Shown: positions 13,001-24,592 of the stretch, piece by piece
Position numbering within the stretch: the stretch's first letter is position 1
How the letters are laid out: each line of letters starts with the position of its first letter
Origin: Oikopleura dioica
Lineage: Eukaryota > Animalia > Chordata
DNA: 64,000 bases
Assembly (NCBI GenBank): GCA_907165135.1
Contig: OU015567.1
Location: forward strand, 7,688,001-7,752,000
Direction of reading: 5' to 3'
The notes under the pieces: model-generated
Database searches by the model: none
What the model saw: only the letters and a program-made list of their open reading frames with translations
What the model was told of the DNA's origin: nothing
Program-made: the position numbers and the translations under genes

Positions 13001-14161
13001 GAATTTTGGACAAAGAACCAACGACTGCGGAGCAATACGATCGCCTCGGTCGAAACTTCCTGCATCTCGCCATTAACGAAAAAGACACCGAGAGCGTCCT
13101 TTTCCTTATCCAAGTTCGCGTGGACGTGAATTCCAGGACGAAAGATGGCGACGAGGCAACTCCTCTTCATCTTGCGGTGAAAATTGGGGACGACTTTATC
13201 GTCCGAAATTTGACTTTGGCCGGAGCCGAAGTCGATGCGGTCGACAAAATGAGCCAGACGGCGTTGCATTATGCGGCTGAGCGCGACTTGGCCGAGATAA
13301 CCAGGATTTTGCTTCAAAATGGATGGAAACCCGATCTCCTCGACGAAGGTAAGAAATTCTGACCATACCGAGGATTAATCGTTTTCAGAGGGCAATAACG
13401 CGCTTCATCTCGCAGCGAAGCACGACGCTTCACAAGTCACTCAGGTTCTACTCTCTGAGTCGTCCGTCGATCCAAAAGCTCCCAACTCAAAAGGAAAATG
13501 TTTCCTTCATCTTGTCGCTTTCCACGGAGAAGACAACGCCGTTCAGCAGATGAGTATTCTCCAAGAATATTGGTGAGGCAAAATTTTCGAAAATATAAAC
13601 TGATCAAACATGCGTCTCTAGCCCTGATTACCCGATAAACGAACAAGATCTCGATGGAAACACGCCTCTACTGATTGCTTACATGAACGGACAAGCAGCT
13701 CTATGCGTTGCGCTAGCCAAAGCTGGATCGGTTCTTGCAAAACCAAATAGCGAAGGAATAACAATATTCAATTTGGAAGTCGCTACTAAAAGGTGTCTGT
13801 TTTTGTTCGCTAAATATATAAATACGTGTGACATGTGTAACTTGAAGTTCAGGTTGCTCAATCGAGTTTTGGACCAGGTGGAGAAAGAGCCGCCATGGGT
13901 AGAAACTGATAGATGCCAAATTACTGACGAAAAATTCTCGATGCGACTCCGGAAACATCATTGCAGGCATTGTGGAAGCTGCGTTTGTGAAAAGGTACTG
14001 ACCTAGGGAATGAAAAATGGTTTATTTGATGCTTATAGGTATCGAAAAACCGTCTCCAAATCGCGAAATTCGGTTCTGGCGAGAAATCCATGCGCGTTTG
14101 CGATATTTGCTACGATGTTCTGACACTCAAAGACGCCGTGAAATCAGGCTACGCTCTTTGA
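10036..14161 (+). CDS. ANKFY1: Rabankyrin-5 (BTB + ankyrin repeats + C-terminal FYVE), multi-exon
   Basis: N-terminal MAKIEAELESVKSHLALLRGEFSKCQK coiled coil; BTB (SDIELQISEKETFSAHRFLLAARSDVW); ankyrin repeats in ORFs 10486-11139, 11151-12584, 12721-12960, 12994-13362; FYVE RKHHCRHCG...MRVCDICYDVL; stop 14159-14161. Confidence 0.93.
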
Positions 14162-15478
14162 AACTTGAAAACTGCTTCAGCTTCTTATTACTTCGTAAAC
14201 TTATGTTTTTTTCTACTTCTGTGCCCAGACGATTGTTCATCCCATCAAACTACTCATCCGTTCAACTGTTCATTGCCATTGATACCTCCGCTCATTTCTG
14301 TACTAGAATCCAATAATTGCTAAACATGATTTAATAAAGCATAATTTAAATTGAAACGCCTCCTTGATCCGGCCCAGAGTCTCTCTGACTGGATTTATGA
14401 AGACAAATGAGTGAATATTGATATGCTTTGGAAAAATAAGGAAATAGGCCTCTCTGTACTCTAGTTTAAAATTGATGATTTGCGGTTTTCCGCGTTCCAG
14501 CGAAAACAGAGATTAGTTTAAAGAATTTCTAGCCAGAGACAATGCGACGTATCCGTGAGTGATCCTGCATCTCAGATGCATTTTTGATTGCATTCTTTCT
14601 GATTCGCGAAATACTTTATTATTCTTGCGTTAATTTCGCTGAAGTATTCTGCTCGTTTCCTATGGAAACTTGATATTGAAACGTTAATAAGAGGTCTGTC
14701 ACTTACAGACTGATAGGTTAAAGATATCTGATCAAGTTTAATTAATTATATTATGACAAAGGAATTCGAAAAATATATAAAAACTGGCAAGAAGAGCAGT
14801 TAAATAGCATATCTTGCGATGATTAGAGAAAAAAACGAAATCCTATAATGCAAAAAATAGCAGTAACCTCATTTTTATGCCCTTATTCAGAAGGATAAGG
14901 TTCTATAAAAAGGAAGACTTAGGTTGTACATTCTATAATGAACCTTGCATGAGAAATAAAGATTTCCAGTCGTGTTTTCACACATCGTGGTAAGTAAAGG
15001 TTTTACTATAAAACAACCTAGTTGACACTAGAATTCACTTTAGAATTAACATTGTTAATGATAATTAAACCCTAATTGGATATTTAATATTCTATGAGTT
15101 TTGATAAGAACATTCTAACAAAGCATATCTGAAGTACTTTAATTCATTCATACAAAGGGGTGCATTCTGATTCTCCCACAAGATGGTGCGCGGCGCGTTC
15201 AATCTTGGCATTAGTTCATAACGAGCATGAAAACATATTGCGCGAGGATAGAGTTGAGCCCCAAGCGTTCTCTTCAAGTCAGTCAATAATCGGCTAGCAA
15301 ATGCAAAAATAATCTCATCGATAAACGAGATCGCCTTTTTCATTTTATCATATTGCTTTTTCTGAGACGCCAGTGGACAAAAGAAAATGAGAACACGCGG
15401 CGCGAATAAATGAAGAATTAAGGGTACCAGAGACGAATAAATGCTCAGAGAGTTGTAGTCAAGAAGGACGGGAAGAAT

Positions 15479-18400
15479 ATGAGGTCGAACACGAATGTGC
15501 TTGAAGGCATTATTCGAAGGAACGCTTACAGTAGCCAACGTAAGTTTCGCTTCTTTCAGATCCAGGGGAATTCTTTTTTATCTGTAGACGGTGTCTTTGT
15601 TGTCGCAAATGCAGAGCTTCCGGAGTTCCCTGTCATTTATGTGTCCGACAAATTCACCAATAAACTCGGCTACACAAGGGCCGATCTCATCGGCGAACCA
15701 ATAACGTTAGATTTTATGGGGAATAAAGACGTTACACAAATGCTCTCCCAGTTTTTGATCAATATCAGCCGCACCAGTGCTAAACTACTTCCTCAGGAAC
15801 GGTCTTATTACCCGTAAATTATGGTAAACTGATGATTTTCGGGACCTCCGAAAAGCTGGAAGACGGGCCGAGCTTCCAAACAGAAGGACTCCTGACGCGC
15901 AAAAACGGTATTCCTCGACTGTGTCGAATTCGCTTGTCTCCAGGTATAACGGGCAGAGCAAGATATAATTATAAAGTCATTATCGACATGCGTTTTCGAT
16001 TTTCTGCCCCACTCGCTCGCTCTCAATCTACTCAGACTTACAAAGCGTCGCTCTGCCCCTGCTAAGTTATAAATAATTTAAAGGTGACGTTCATCGTCAT
16101 TAATCTCTACGAAGTAAAGGACATGGAATTAAATTTATCACAAAAATGTTGCTTTATTGGTAAAAAATGATAAGTGCATAGAATTTATAGAAACAATTTC
16201 ACGGGCGCCTGCAAACTTTCCACGCGCAAATTCCACAGATCGTCAGAACAGAAAGATTGAATAGACCACTCCAGTAGTTTCTCTCTTCTTTGTCATCCTC
16301 CAAATCAATCACTCTTCTTTCAAGCTCCTGCATCCAATCGTTCATTTCGATTTGTTGCTTGAAGAGCTCTTCAAGTTGTTCTTCAACTTTTTCATCTTTG
16401 AATTGATAAAAATCGATTCGAAGTTTGAAAGATTCATATTATATTTTTATCCGCGCCTAAATATCTTGGAGTCATGATAGGATTTGGAGTGCTCGTCTGC
16501 TCGCGAAGCATTCTAGCACTAGGATCTGGGACGATTTCTTGCGGGCACGGCTGGGGCATTTCTTGGAAGCTGAGGTTGATGCCTTGCATCTGGTCCAAAA
16601 ACTCCTCCACAACGAGTGAATCGGCTCTAATGTTCCTTGCTGGAGCCTTCATGCTGTACTCGTCCGCATCCAAGAAGTCGTAACCTGATTCCCAGACCAT
16701 GCTTGCGCTCGTCAATCCAACGGGATGATCAAGTTCGGTTCCAGCGCCATTTTCATCGTCTTCGTAGGGAGCGATCATTCGTGGTGCATGCATTTCCAGA
16801 TCTGCGCTTGGATTCGGAACCTGATCATCCAGATCGACGTTTTCTCGGAGACTGAGAGAACGAGGAACTCGCATGTTCTTGTTGATGCTCTCGGAAAGCT
16901 CCTTTTCGATGGGAAGATCAGCCAAGCTGCCGTTAAATGAGTCCATTTTAAATTCTGAAGCGATTCAAACAAGTTCTCTTGAAAATCAAAAAAGACATCC
17001 TACCTCGATAAATGAAGGGGTGAAACTGAATATTTTTCGCTACGAGTAAATATGTCCAAATAAGTTCTAGAAACCTAACAAAATATATTGATTCCAATCA
17101 AAGATAAAGGCAAATAACGCCAGCACGCGTAAATTTCGACAATCTGTCTACCGAAAATCAAGGAAGAATACGATCGACCACACTGTAACAAGCATTTCAC
17201 ATATCGAAACAAACTCGACTTCAAATAATCATGATACGAATCAGAAATCGGAGAATGCAAAGTTAGATCAGCTAGAGGAACCGACGAGCCAATCTAGGAG
17301 ACTGTCTTCGACATCGCTGATTTCGCACAGATCTTTAATAGAATCGCCAAAAGCAGAAGGAAGAGTTGAAAAAAAATAGTAGATCAACTAATCAGAACTT
17401 TGATTAACTCTATCAAGGAGACCGGCTCACAATATCTCATTACGGTTCTTTCAAAACCTTGTGGGTCTGGTTGATTCTCCTGCTCACGATCTATTCCGCA
17501 CTGTTTGTTCCATATAATGTGGCATTCTCCGGGACGCACCATGTCGTGTCGCATAATGTTGTTTGGTTGCTGCTCGACAGCTGCGTTGATTTCATTTTCA
17601 TCGCCGATGTGTTCATTTGCTTCCTGACGACGATTGTGGCTGAGAATGGGGAGACGATCGACGACAGGAATATTATTCAGATGAATTATGTCTCCAGTTG
17701 GTATTGTTTGGATCTACTGAGTTGTCTTCCGCTTGATTTGCTGAACTTTATCACGACAATGGGGCAAGCTCAATCGGGCGATGGAGGAATAACTTCGTTA
17801 TTTACAACGCTAAAGATTGCTCGGCTATTGAGAGTATCTCGTGTAGCGAGAAAGCTCGATCAATTTGCTCATTACAGCTCTGTCATGCTTCTTTTACTTG
17901 TCTTGTCCTTCCTTCTGTCTGGCCATTGGCTCGCTTGTGTCTGGTATGCAATAGGTAAGAACAAAGTACAAATTACGGTGAACTATAATTTCCTGAAAGG
18001 CGTGACCGGAAGCTGCTCAGAAGGGATCGTCCAAAACTCCTCCTGGATCGTCAAGCTCGCAGACGACCTAGGCGAGCCCATCGTCTTCCGCAACGATTGC
18101 ACAGTTCTCGAGATCCCGCCGTCTTCCAAATGCTATGTCGCTTCTTTATATTTTGTCATGACTTCTTTAACTTCCGTCGGCTTCGGCAATATATCCGCTA
18201 ATACGAAAGAGGAGCAGATATTCTGCGTCTTTGTTTTGCTTTTTGGTGCTCTTGTTTATGCCACTATTTTTGGTAACATCACTACAATTATACAACAGCT
18301 ACATACCGATACGAACAGATATCATGATGCGATCAACTCAGTCTCGGAATTCAGGTAATTTTATTCGATTAAAATATTTTGAATGGAAATTATTTGATTT

Positions 18401-20464
18401 TAAGTCGGCAATTCCACGTTCCTCAAGAGCTGCGTGACCGAATTCGTGACCATATCGTATCATCTTGGACAATGAACAAGGGCATTGATGCTAGGAAAGT
18501 AATTGAATTCTGCCCTGAAGATCTCCGTGCAGGTAAGTTCATCGCACATCGAAATTTTATGACGTTGGTGTAAGATATCGCTGTCCATCTCCATCGGAAG
18601 GTTTTCAACGATCACAAGGCCTTTCGAGAAAGTTCCGATGCCTGCCTGAGAGCGTTGGCTACAGAAATCAAGGAAAAGAGATTTTGCCCAGGCGATATCA
18701 TCTATCACAAGGTTCCGATTTTTTCTGACTAGTATTAATGATTTCAAAGGGCGAAGCTGTTGATGAAGTTGTTTTCATAATGTCCGGGTGTCTTGAAATC
18801 CTGGAAGATGATGATGTCGTCATTGCGATTCTTTCAAATGGGGACGCTTTTGGAAATCAAGTGTGGAAGGTAACAATAAATTTCGTTCCAACTTTCGTCA
18901 AAAAAATTCGAAGGACAACGAAGCTGCTCGAGGAAGTCATTTTTACGTGCGTGTTCTTGCGCCTACTGATTTGCGCATTTTTAAATCGGACAGCTTGAAG
19001 AAAGTGCTTCAATTCTACCACCACTTCAAAGAGTCTTTCGATGCAAATATGGTGCTTAGTTTCAACTTGTGCAATCCGCGGACAAAGTCATGTAACGGGG
19101 AGCGCAAACTGAGTAGCTCAAGTACATGTTCAAAGAAAACACCTGTTGGCCGTCTCTCAAGGTGATTTGTACGCGCGAGAATATTTTATAGAAATTTTAA
19201 AGTCTTCCAAATATAACGCACAGAAAGTCACTCTTCTCGCCAGCAACCAAGAGGGCTACTATTGGAGGCTCGTTTCCAATAATTGATGTCGACTGTGCAA
19301 TACATGGTGGTATGCGGTCACCTGGGTTTTTAAACCCAGAGTCGCAAAATGCTCAGTTTGGGATTACCAGTCCCAGATCGTCCAATTCTTCAGTCTGGGA
19401 TTTTCAAAACCCAGACTCACCACTTTTGTGACCCTGGGTTTGCCGAACCCAGGTCACCGCATTTTATCAGTAAGTTGAACCTGGGTTTTTTGCTCGTACC
19501 AAAACAATTTCCACGTCGTCTAGAAAAAAAAAGATAAAATTTCTACCAATCCTGCTAAACACCTACTTTTAAGACAAAAACATTTTAGTTTTAAGTACTT
19601 TCTATGACTTGAGGTTAGTGTTAGGGGGCACTGTGCAAAATGACGGAACAGTCTTACCCGAGGGGGATAGGCTAGGGTTAGTTAGGGTTACCGAAGGTAA
19701 CCCTAAGTAACCATAGACTAGACCCCGGCATCTTAGGGCCTAAGGGGCGAAGCCCCGTGGCTAGGGGCACTTAGATTTAGTAATTTTCTGCTGCCGAATC
19801 TGTCTTTTTCTTATCCTCTGAAGCTTGTGAACCCTAGAAACTTGTTTGGTCAAGCAAAAAAAAACCCAGGCTCAACTTATTGATAAAACGCGGTAACCTG
19901 GGTTTGACAATCCCAGGCTCGCAGAAGTGGCGAGCCTGGGTTTTGAAAAACCCAGACTCAAGAATTTTGCCTCCTGGGACTAGTAATCCCAAACTGGGCA
20001 TTTTGCGACTCTGGGTTTAAAAACCCAGGTGACCGCCTACAACCGCAATACATCCAGCCAAAAATCGCGGAACTCCGAGTCCAATAGCAGCGTCAAAGCA
20101 GACTCAACTCAAGAATCTCATCGCTCAGGTTATCAAATCTTCAATTTGTTGCTAATCAAATTATTAGATGAAAGTCTTGACTGCAACAGCAGAGCATCTT
20201 CTTTCGAACTGGGATGAAACACCAGACTCAAAATCGACGCCAGAACCCTTCTGCCGAAAAGACTCACTTCTTGTCGAAGGAAAGTCGAGAATCATGTCTA
20301 GTTCTTCTTCCAGAAAGAGCATCATTAGCGACAATGATTATCTTCATCCAACATTGGAAGAGGTCGACGGTGAAACTTGCAGCGAACAAAGAAAATCGGA
20401 GAACAGAAAATCCAGAACTCTGTCTATCGAAGATGTGCTCTTTGTTGATGAGTCTGAGTCCTAA
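15479..20464 (+). CDS. eag: Ether-a-go-go (EAG, KCNH1/5-type) voltage-gated K+ channel, multi-exon
   Basis: PAS N-terminus (NVLEGIIRR...[18 protein letters not shown]); S1-S6 in 17459-18358; pore [18 protein letters not shown]; C-linker/CNBHD ([15 protein letters not shown]...[18 protein letters not shown]...SDACLRALA) matching the EAG rather than ERG/ELK pattern; last exon 20168-20464. Confidence 0.92.
16199..16946 (-). CDS. MFF: Mitochondrial fission factor (MFF)-like tail-anchored protein, 2 exons, nested antisense in an EAG intron
   Basis: N-terminal [16 protein letters not shown] and MHAPRMI resemble the MFF repeats EYTEGISQRMRVPEKL and MQVPERI. Manually translated exon 2: [65 protein letters not shown] (coiled coil + TM + basic tail). 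Joining needs a GC-AG (16396-16456) or GA-AG (16396-16465) intron. Confidence 0.7.
19306..20044. mobile_element. Non-autonomous DNA transposon (MITE/foldback), ~200-bp TIRs, 9-bp TSD GCAATACAT; MULE- or Merlin-like
   Basis: Ends GGTGGTATGCGGTCACCTGGG / CCCAGGTGACCGCCTACAACC; TSD at 19297-19305 and 20045-20053; TIRs contain CTGGG..CCCAG palindromic subrepeats. Confidence 0.92.
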
Positions 20465-21026
20465 TAAATAAATCACAGGAGACCTGTTATGCTAAACTTT
20501 AAGCTTTGTTTCGTAGGAAGTGAGATTAGTTTTGGATAAAATAAAGAGTGTTTATTATTGGTACAGAAACTCGAATAATTAGCTCTCTTCAGACGAACCG
20601 TTCATGTTAGACAAAAATACTGCCAGCAAAACGATAAATACAACTTTCTACTCTTTGTATCTTTAACTTTTCGCTCAAAAAAATTCAAGTGTGCTACCAA
20701 ATGGTTAATCTATCAAAGAATGCGAAAGAATTTCTTATCACTTTGAATTTCATTCATAAATTTCGGGGTTAATAAATAACTCCTTTAAATTTATTCTGTG
20801 GCCACTTTTATGGAAGGAACAAGAACTAATTGATAATCATCTACCATAATCAATAATCAAACGTAAGAACTTTAATAAATTACAATGAACCTCATAATAT
20901 TTTCACCAGACACATTCGCATTCCTCACTACCGTTACATTAATGCAGCGCCACCTGAGCTAGAAAAGTAGCCCCGCAATTGTTTCAAACTCATTCAGGGA
21001 AGAATAAATTTTTAAGAAATAAGAAA

Positions 21027-21555
21027 ATGAAACTTTTATCTATCGTTGCTGCTCTTGTTCAGGGAAATACTGACATTGAAGCAATAAAGAGCACCTTCGA
21101 GGTAGAACAGAGAAATTGGATGAATATCGATTTAGAAATTTTAGAGCGCGATCCAAGAAATAATTCCAATCGTCCGGGACTCTTCTCAATTTGCAGGACT
21201 ATCAGAAGCAGTCAAAAGCTCAACGCTTGAAAAGCTCGATGAAATTACAGCCGTTGCCTCCTACTGGCAAGACTTTCTTCTTACAGAAGAGGAGCGCGTC
21301 GACTGTAGCACTGATTCTGATTCACAAGAAGATGAGGAATACTTTGGTCCAGTTCTCAGTGCCGACGATGTCTGCCAGAGCACTGCGGACATTTACTTCG
21401 CTCTTCATAAAATCATCCGAAACTACGCCTGCTCTGAGGAGAAAAACGGAAATATAATCAACGCGAAAGCGATTCAGACCGATCTTTTCAACAAAATCCT
21501 CCGAATGAACAACAAGCTTGGCTGCTCAAGAAGAATTCTTTATGAAAGACTGTAG
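21027..21555 (+). CDS. Small secreted 4-Cys protein (161 aa), 2 exons, no recognised family
   Basis: MKLLSIVAALVQG signal peptide; GT-AG intron 21102-21144; exon 2 open to TAG at 21553-21555 (…DVCQSTADIYFALHKIIRNYACSEE…NNKLGCSRRILYERL*). Confidence 0.75.
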
Positions 21556-21682
21556 AAAGTCTCTGCAACTGTACAGAATAAAGATTTTATACTGACGACT
21601 AAACTAGAGACTACTTTACTTAGAGAACACTTGATGATTTTTTAAAAATTTATTGTTAAAAAAAGCATGAAAAGAGAGTGCA

Positions 21683-22450
21683 TTTATTCGTCGACGAAAA
21701 AAGGTCTCCATGGGCGGGCAGTTCTGGTCTTGGACGATTTTCGAGTAGCAGTCGTTACTCGTGGCGGCTTCCAAGGACGACTGGTGCTCTTCGATCGATT
21801 GATTTGGACCTCTTCTTCTGGTTCTTCCAGCTCATCTATATTTTACGTTAAGAAAGGATGGAATTTGTTCCCCGTGATACCTGAGGTTATGGTGGACGAT
21901 TGAGAAGAAGTGAGTGGCTCGTAGAGCTTGTCATCAGAAGCGATGCCAGATTCTGGTGAAGATTGACGTTTGAAAGAGCTATAAAAAGATAATTTTACAA
22001 GTAGTCTGTCAACGAATCGGTTTACCTCTGCACCTCCATTCTCTCAGGCTGTGTCTCCTTTATCATCTTCTGAGTGATCGTTTCCGGCACAAAAATGGGC
22101 GGAGAAGGTGGGGCCAGCTTCACAGACTGCACTCCCGAGTTGCCAGCCATGAGCATCTGTGTCTTGCTCATCTGGGTCTGTGTCTGCGGATTGAACACCT
22201 GAGTTGGACCGGGAAGAAACGCAGGACGCTGCGTTGGCCCCATCAAAAATTGAGTCGCGCCAAATTCTCTTTCTAAAATTCTTTTTTGAAGTCGTTTATT
22301 AAAAGTTTCGAACTCTTTTTCTCTTCAGATGGTTCAAGCGTCGAGTCGATTCTTTTGATGATGTCATCAAGTCGTCTTTTTAGATCTCCGTAGTCGGATC
22401 TGCCGAGATTTGACCTTTTATGAGGATATGACAGGATCAATTTACTGTTA
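21683..22450 (-). CDS. Unknown multi-exon protein (Pro/Gln/Ser-rich); 5' end not resolved
   Basis: Exon-like stretches DYGDLKRRLDDIIKRIDSTLE, REFGATQFLMGPTQRPAF...MEVQR, SFKRQSSPESGIASDDKLYEP and DELEEPEEEVQINRS...RPWRPFFVDE*, separated by short introns. Confidence 0.5.
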
Positions 22451-24592
22451 TTCAGTATCTCTACTGTATGTTAACTATTCACTAATTTTTTATTAAAGAA
22501 ATATCTCGAATTTTTATTAGTATCCTTTGCTTTTGCCGCTCTGCATCCTGGAGAAAAATGAATAAAATGAAGCTAAATGAAGTTGTAACTCGACTTTATA
22601 TTGACCAAGATGCCATTTTTTGATACAAATGCGACTCAAAATCCTTCTAGAAAGTCCTCGTTGATTTCAGTCTTGCCATTTTTCTTTTGACACGAACGGT
22701 CCGGCCCAAACTGAAGCTTTTTTCATGGAAAAGCGATGGAAAGAAAACTGGACGGAAGATTTGAGAGGATAATCCCGCAGGTGCACTCTTTTCCAGACCG
22801 CGGCGAATGTTCTTGACTTTCGAGGACTCGAGTGAAAATTCAAACATCCGGATTAACTCAAAAAGTGCCCTCTTTTCAGCTTTTCTGACAAAATGAAATT
22901 TAATAATGAGAAGTTGTGTTTTTTGGAAATTTAATTTTTAGCGAATTTTTTCTTTCTCGATGGTGGTTTGGGAGCGGCGGTTACGGTTACGGTTGAGCTC
23001 GCGGTCGCCAATCGGGACAAGGTGCAGGAGCTGCGGTCAACCCTCTCCCGCTGCCAGCTCCGGAGCTACCCGGCGCGGAAGCGAGCTGGTAGACCACGTC
23101 ACTCTTGAAAGTCAAGTCCTCGAAAGTCCGCACTTCTTTCTTTCTTATTCCGTTTTTCTTCCTCAAACAAAAGATTCGTGCAAGAATTCAAGTTGCATTT
23201 CCAACTAAATTTACTCACGTCTTACTAGTTAAACTTGGCTGTATTTACCGTTGTTACAACTTCTACTATTCTACGTCTAGTAATACAGTACTCTGCTTGT
23301 AGTCATGCTTCACTGCCAGTGCTAATAGAACTAGTAAGCTGCAAAGAATCTGATTTTTTGACAAAAATGAAAGATTTTTTTTATAATTTTTATTATTTTT
23401 TTTGTTCTTATTCGTAATAATTGTTACAAATTTGTAAAGCAAAAAATAAATATTGGCTGAACGCTGTCGTGAAAAGAAATTTACAGAAATCAAGTTTGGT
23501 TCGGTTTTTTTAACATTTTCAGATTCAGTAAGGAAATATTGAGAAATCTCAGTAAGGAGGAGCTATTTTTTGGGAAGTTTATTTTGTGCACCATATTTTT
23601 AATAAAAAGTTCCGAGTTGACTATTGAGTGCTAAAATGGGTGTTTGGAATTTCTGTTTCGATAGATTTTATACAACCCGAAACTACGCTTGCTATTTATA
23701 TAGTAATACGAAGTCAAATTCTAATAAAGTTACAACTTTTGTGAACTTCACCTTGGAAAGGCTAAATCGAAAAGATAAAATGTAAAAATATAATTTCAAA
23801 AACGAACAAACGCTTTTTTGGAATTTGGTCGAATCTCAAAGTGCATAGAAAAGTTAATTTCTCATAACTTCACATTTTTATCGAAATTTTTGGGCACGAG
23901 TTCGCGAAAATCATCGAATTAGGCTGGTTCTTGTTTAGCAGGGGATTCGGACGAGATTATCTCAATTAAAATAAAGGATCCAAAAGCAAAAGTATTTTTG
24001 GAGCGAATAAGAAATTTCTTCAGCCTGAAGCAAAGCTGGGCCGGAAGAGCTAAGAGATCTTAGCTGCTTTCACAGCCCGTTTCGGAATAAAGAGTTGAAA
24101 GCGTTTTTTTTTTGAAAGAGGCAGATTTCCGATTCTTCATTTTTTTGGTAAAATAATAATTAACTCTTGCATGAAGCGATCTAGGAAAAACTGAAAATGA
24201 AGTCGGAAATGTGCGTCTTTCGAAGTTTAAAAATTTTGGTCAGAGAAAATGAGCACGACCAGCAAAAATACTGTCTGTTATCCGTGATTATGATGGCACA
24301 TCAATGTTGAAATGATAATTTTGTGTCTTTTAGGCACACGCGCGTCTTGGAGAAGTGAGAATGTTTGTGTACCGTTTTGAGATAAGCGTATCTATGGGTC
24401 CTATTTTTTGAAGCAGATTCAATTCTAGCGAGTTGGAGAAGGAAATCCGGGCACATGTCGGTAGTACACAGTTTCGTCAAAAAGAGCTGAAGTAGGTCGA
24501 GAGGTCGTCGTGACTGTTTTTTAAAAATCTATCATCGTCAGGAGGTCTGGTCCGAGGTCAGTTCCAATTCTGGGCTCGTTTGTGTTGGGTTC

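Noticed and set aside
15092-15538. 148-aa minus-strand ORF head-to-head with EAG
   Set aside because: Overlaps the EAG start, has no recognisable domain or splice support; cannot be supported without expression data.
19349-19537. Short ORFs in the MITE arms (also 20029-20217 and 55131-55400) as transposase or genes
   Set aside because: No DDE motifs; they run through TIR sequence and are too short.
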